In this document: positions 63,576 through 64,000 of the stretch, in pieces | Position numbering within the stretch: the stretch's first letter is position 1 | How the letters are laid out: each line of letters begins with the position of its first letter | Source: Octopus sinensis | Taxonomy: Eukaryota | DNA: 64,000 bases | Assembly (NCBI RefSeq): GCF_006345805.1 | Contig: NC_043007.1 | Coordinates: 39,184,001 to 39,248,000, forward strand | Direction: 5' to 3' | The notes under the pieces: model-generated | What the model was told of the DNA's origin: nothing | The model's database searches: none | What the model saw: only the letters and a program-made list of their open reading frames with translations | Translations under genes and position numbers: made by a program

Positions 63576-64000
63576 AACCTAAAGTGCCCTAAACTTCCTG
63601 TTGTCTTTATTGCTCAGGAAGACAAAAAGTACACAAATTTTGTATATGTATTTTTGTGTGTAATTGGGTATAGATTTGTGTGTGTGTGTGTGTATACACA
63701 CATACACACATAAATGGACACATGCACTAACAAATGTATATACATATATACTCAGAAGCAAGCAACAAATACTTAAAAAAAGGCATAGCCAATATAATGT
63801 AATAATTTTATATTTATATGCATATATATTTAATTTTTAAAAATCAAACTAAAAGCTTTTCTGAGAAATGTTTGATTAGTGGATTCGTTAACTTGCCCTA
63901 ATGCTTTCAGCAGAGGAAAAGATGAAAGATGGTAGTGAAGGTGATGTTGGCGGTGGGGTAACTGTGAAAGCAGTGGTGTAGAAGAGAGTGGTGGTGGTGG

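Overview
AT-rich, repeat-dense animal genomic DNA. The SINE and microsatellite repertoire suggests an octopus (coleoid cephalopod); this is an inference. One host gene is firmly supported: minus-strand DLST (E2 succinyltransferase of mitochondrial 2-oxoglutarate dehydrogenase). Nine exons (42169->27277) splice in frame to about 395 aa, one intron needs a GC donor, and the transit-peptide exons are unresolved. The rest is tRNA-derived and other SINE families (often nested, with target-site duplications), decayed Penelope-like (PLE), Tx1, CR1 and RTE retroelements, mariner/pogo/hAT/piggyBac MITEs, a Helitron end, minisatellites and microsatellites. Almost all ORFs in the supplied track are microsatellite or transposon artefacts. 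The most striking unexplained signal is a set of hammerhead-ribozyme (HHR) motifs in unrelated short non-coding repeats: a near-intact type I HHR in a DLST intron (30345-30417), minimal PLE-type HHRs in the tails of a head-to-head tRNA-SINE palindrome (19758-20277), and a degenerate one at 23008-23045. PLE RT remnants lie nearby, suggesting a PLE-mobilised, ribozyme-bearing non-autonomous retroelement (retrozyme-like) system. All folds were worked out by eye and none was computed.
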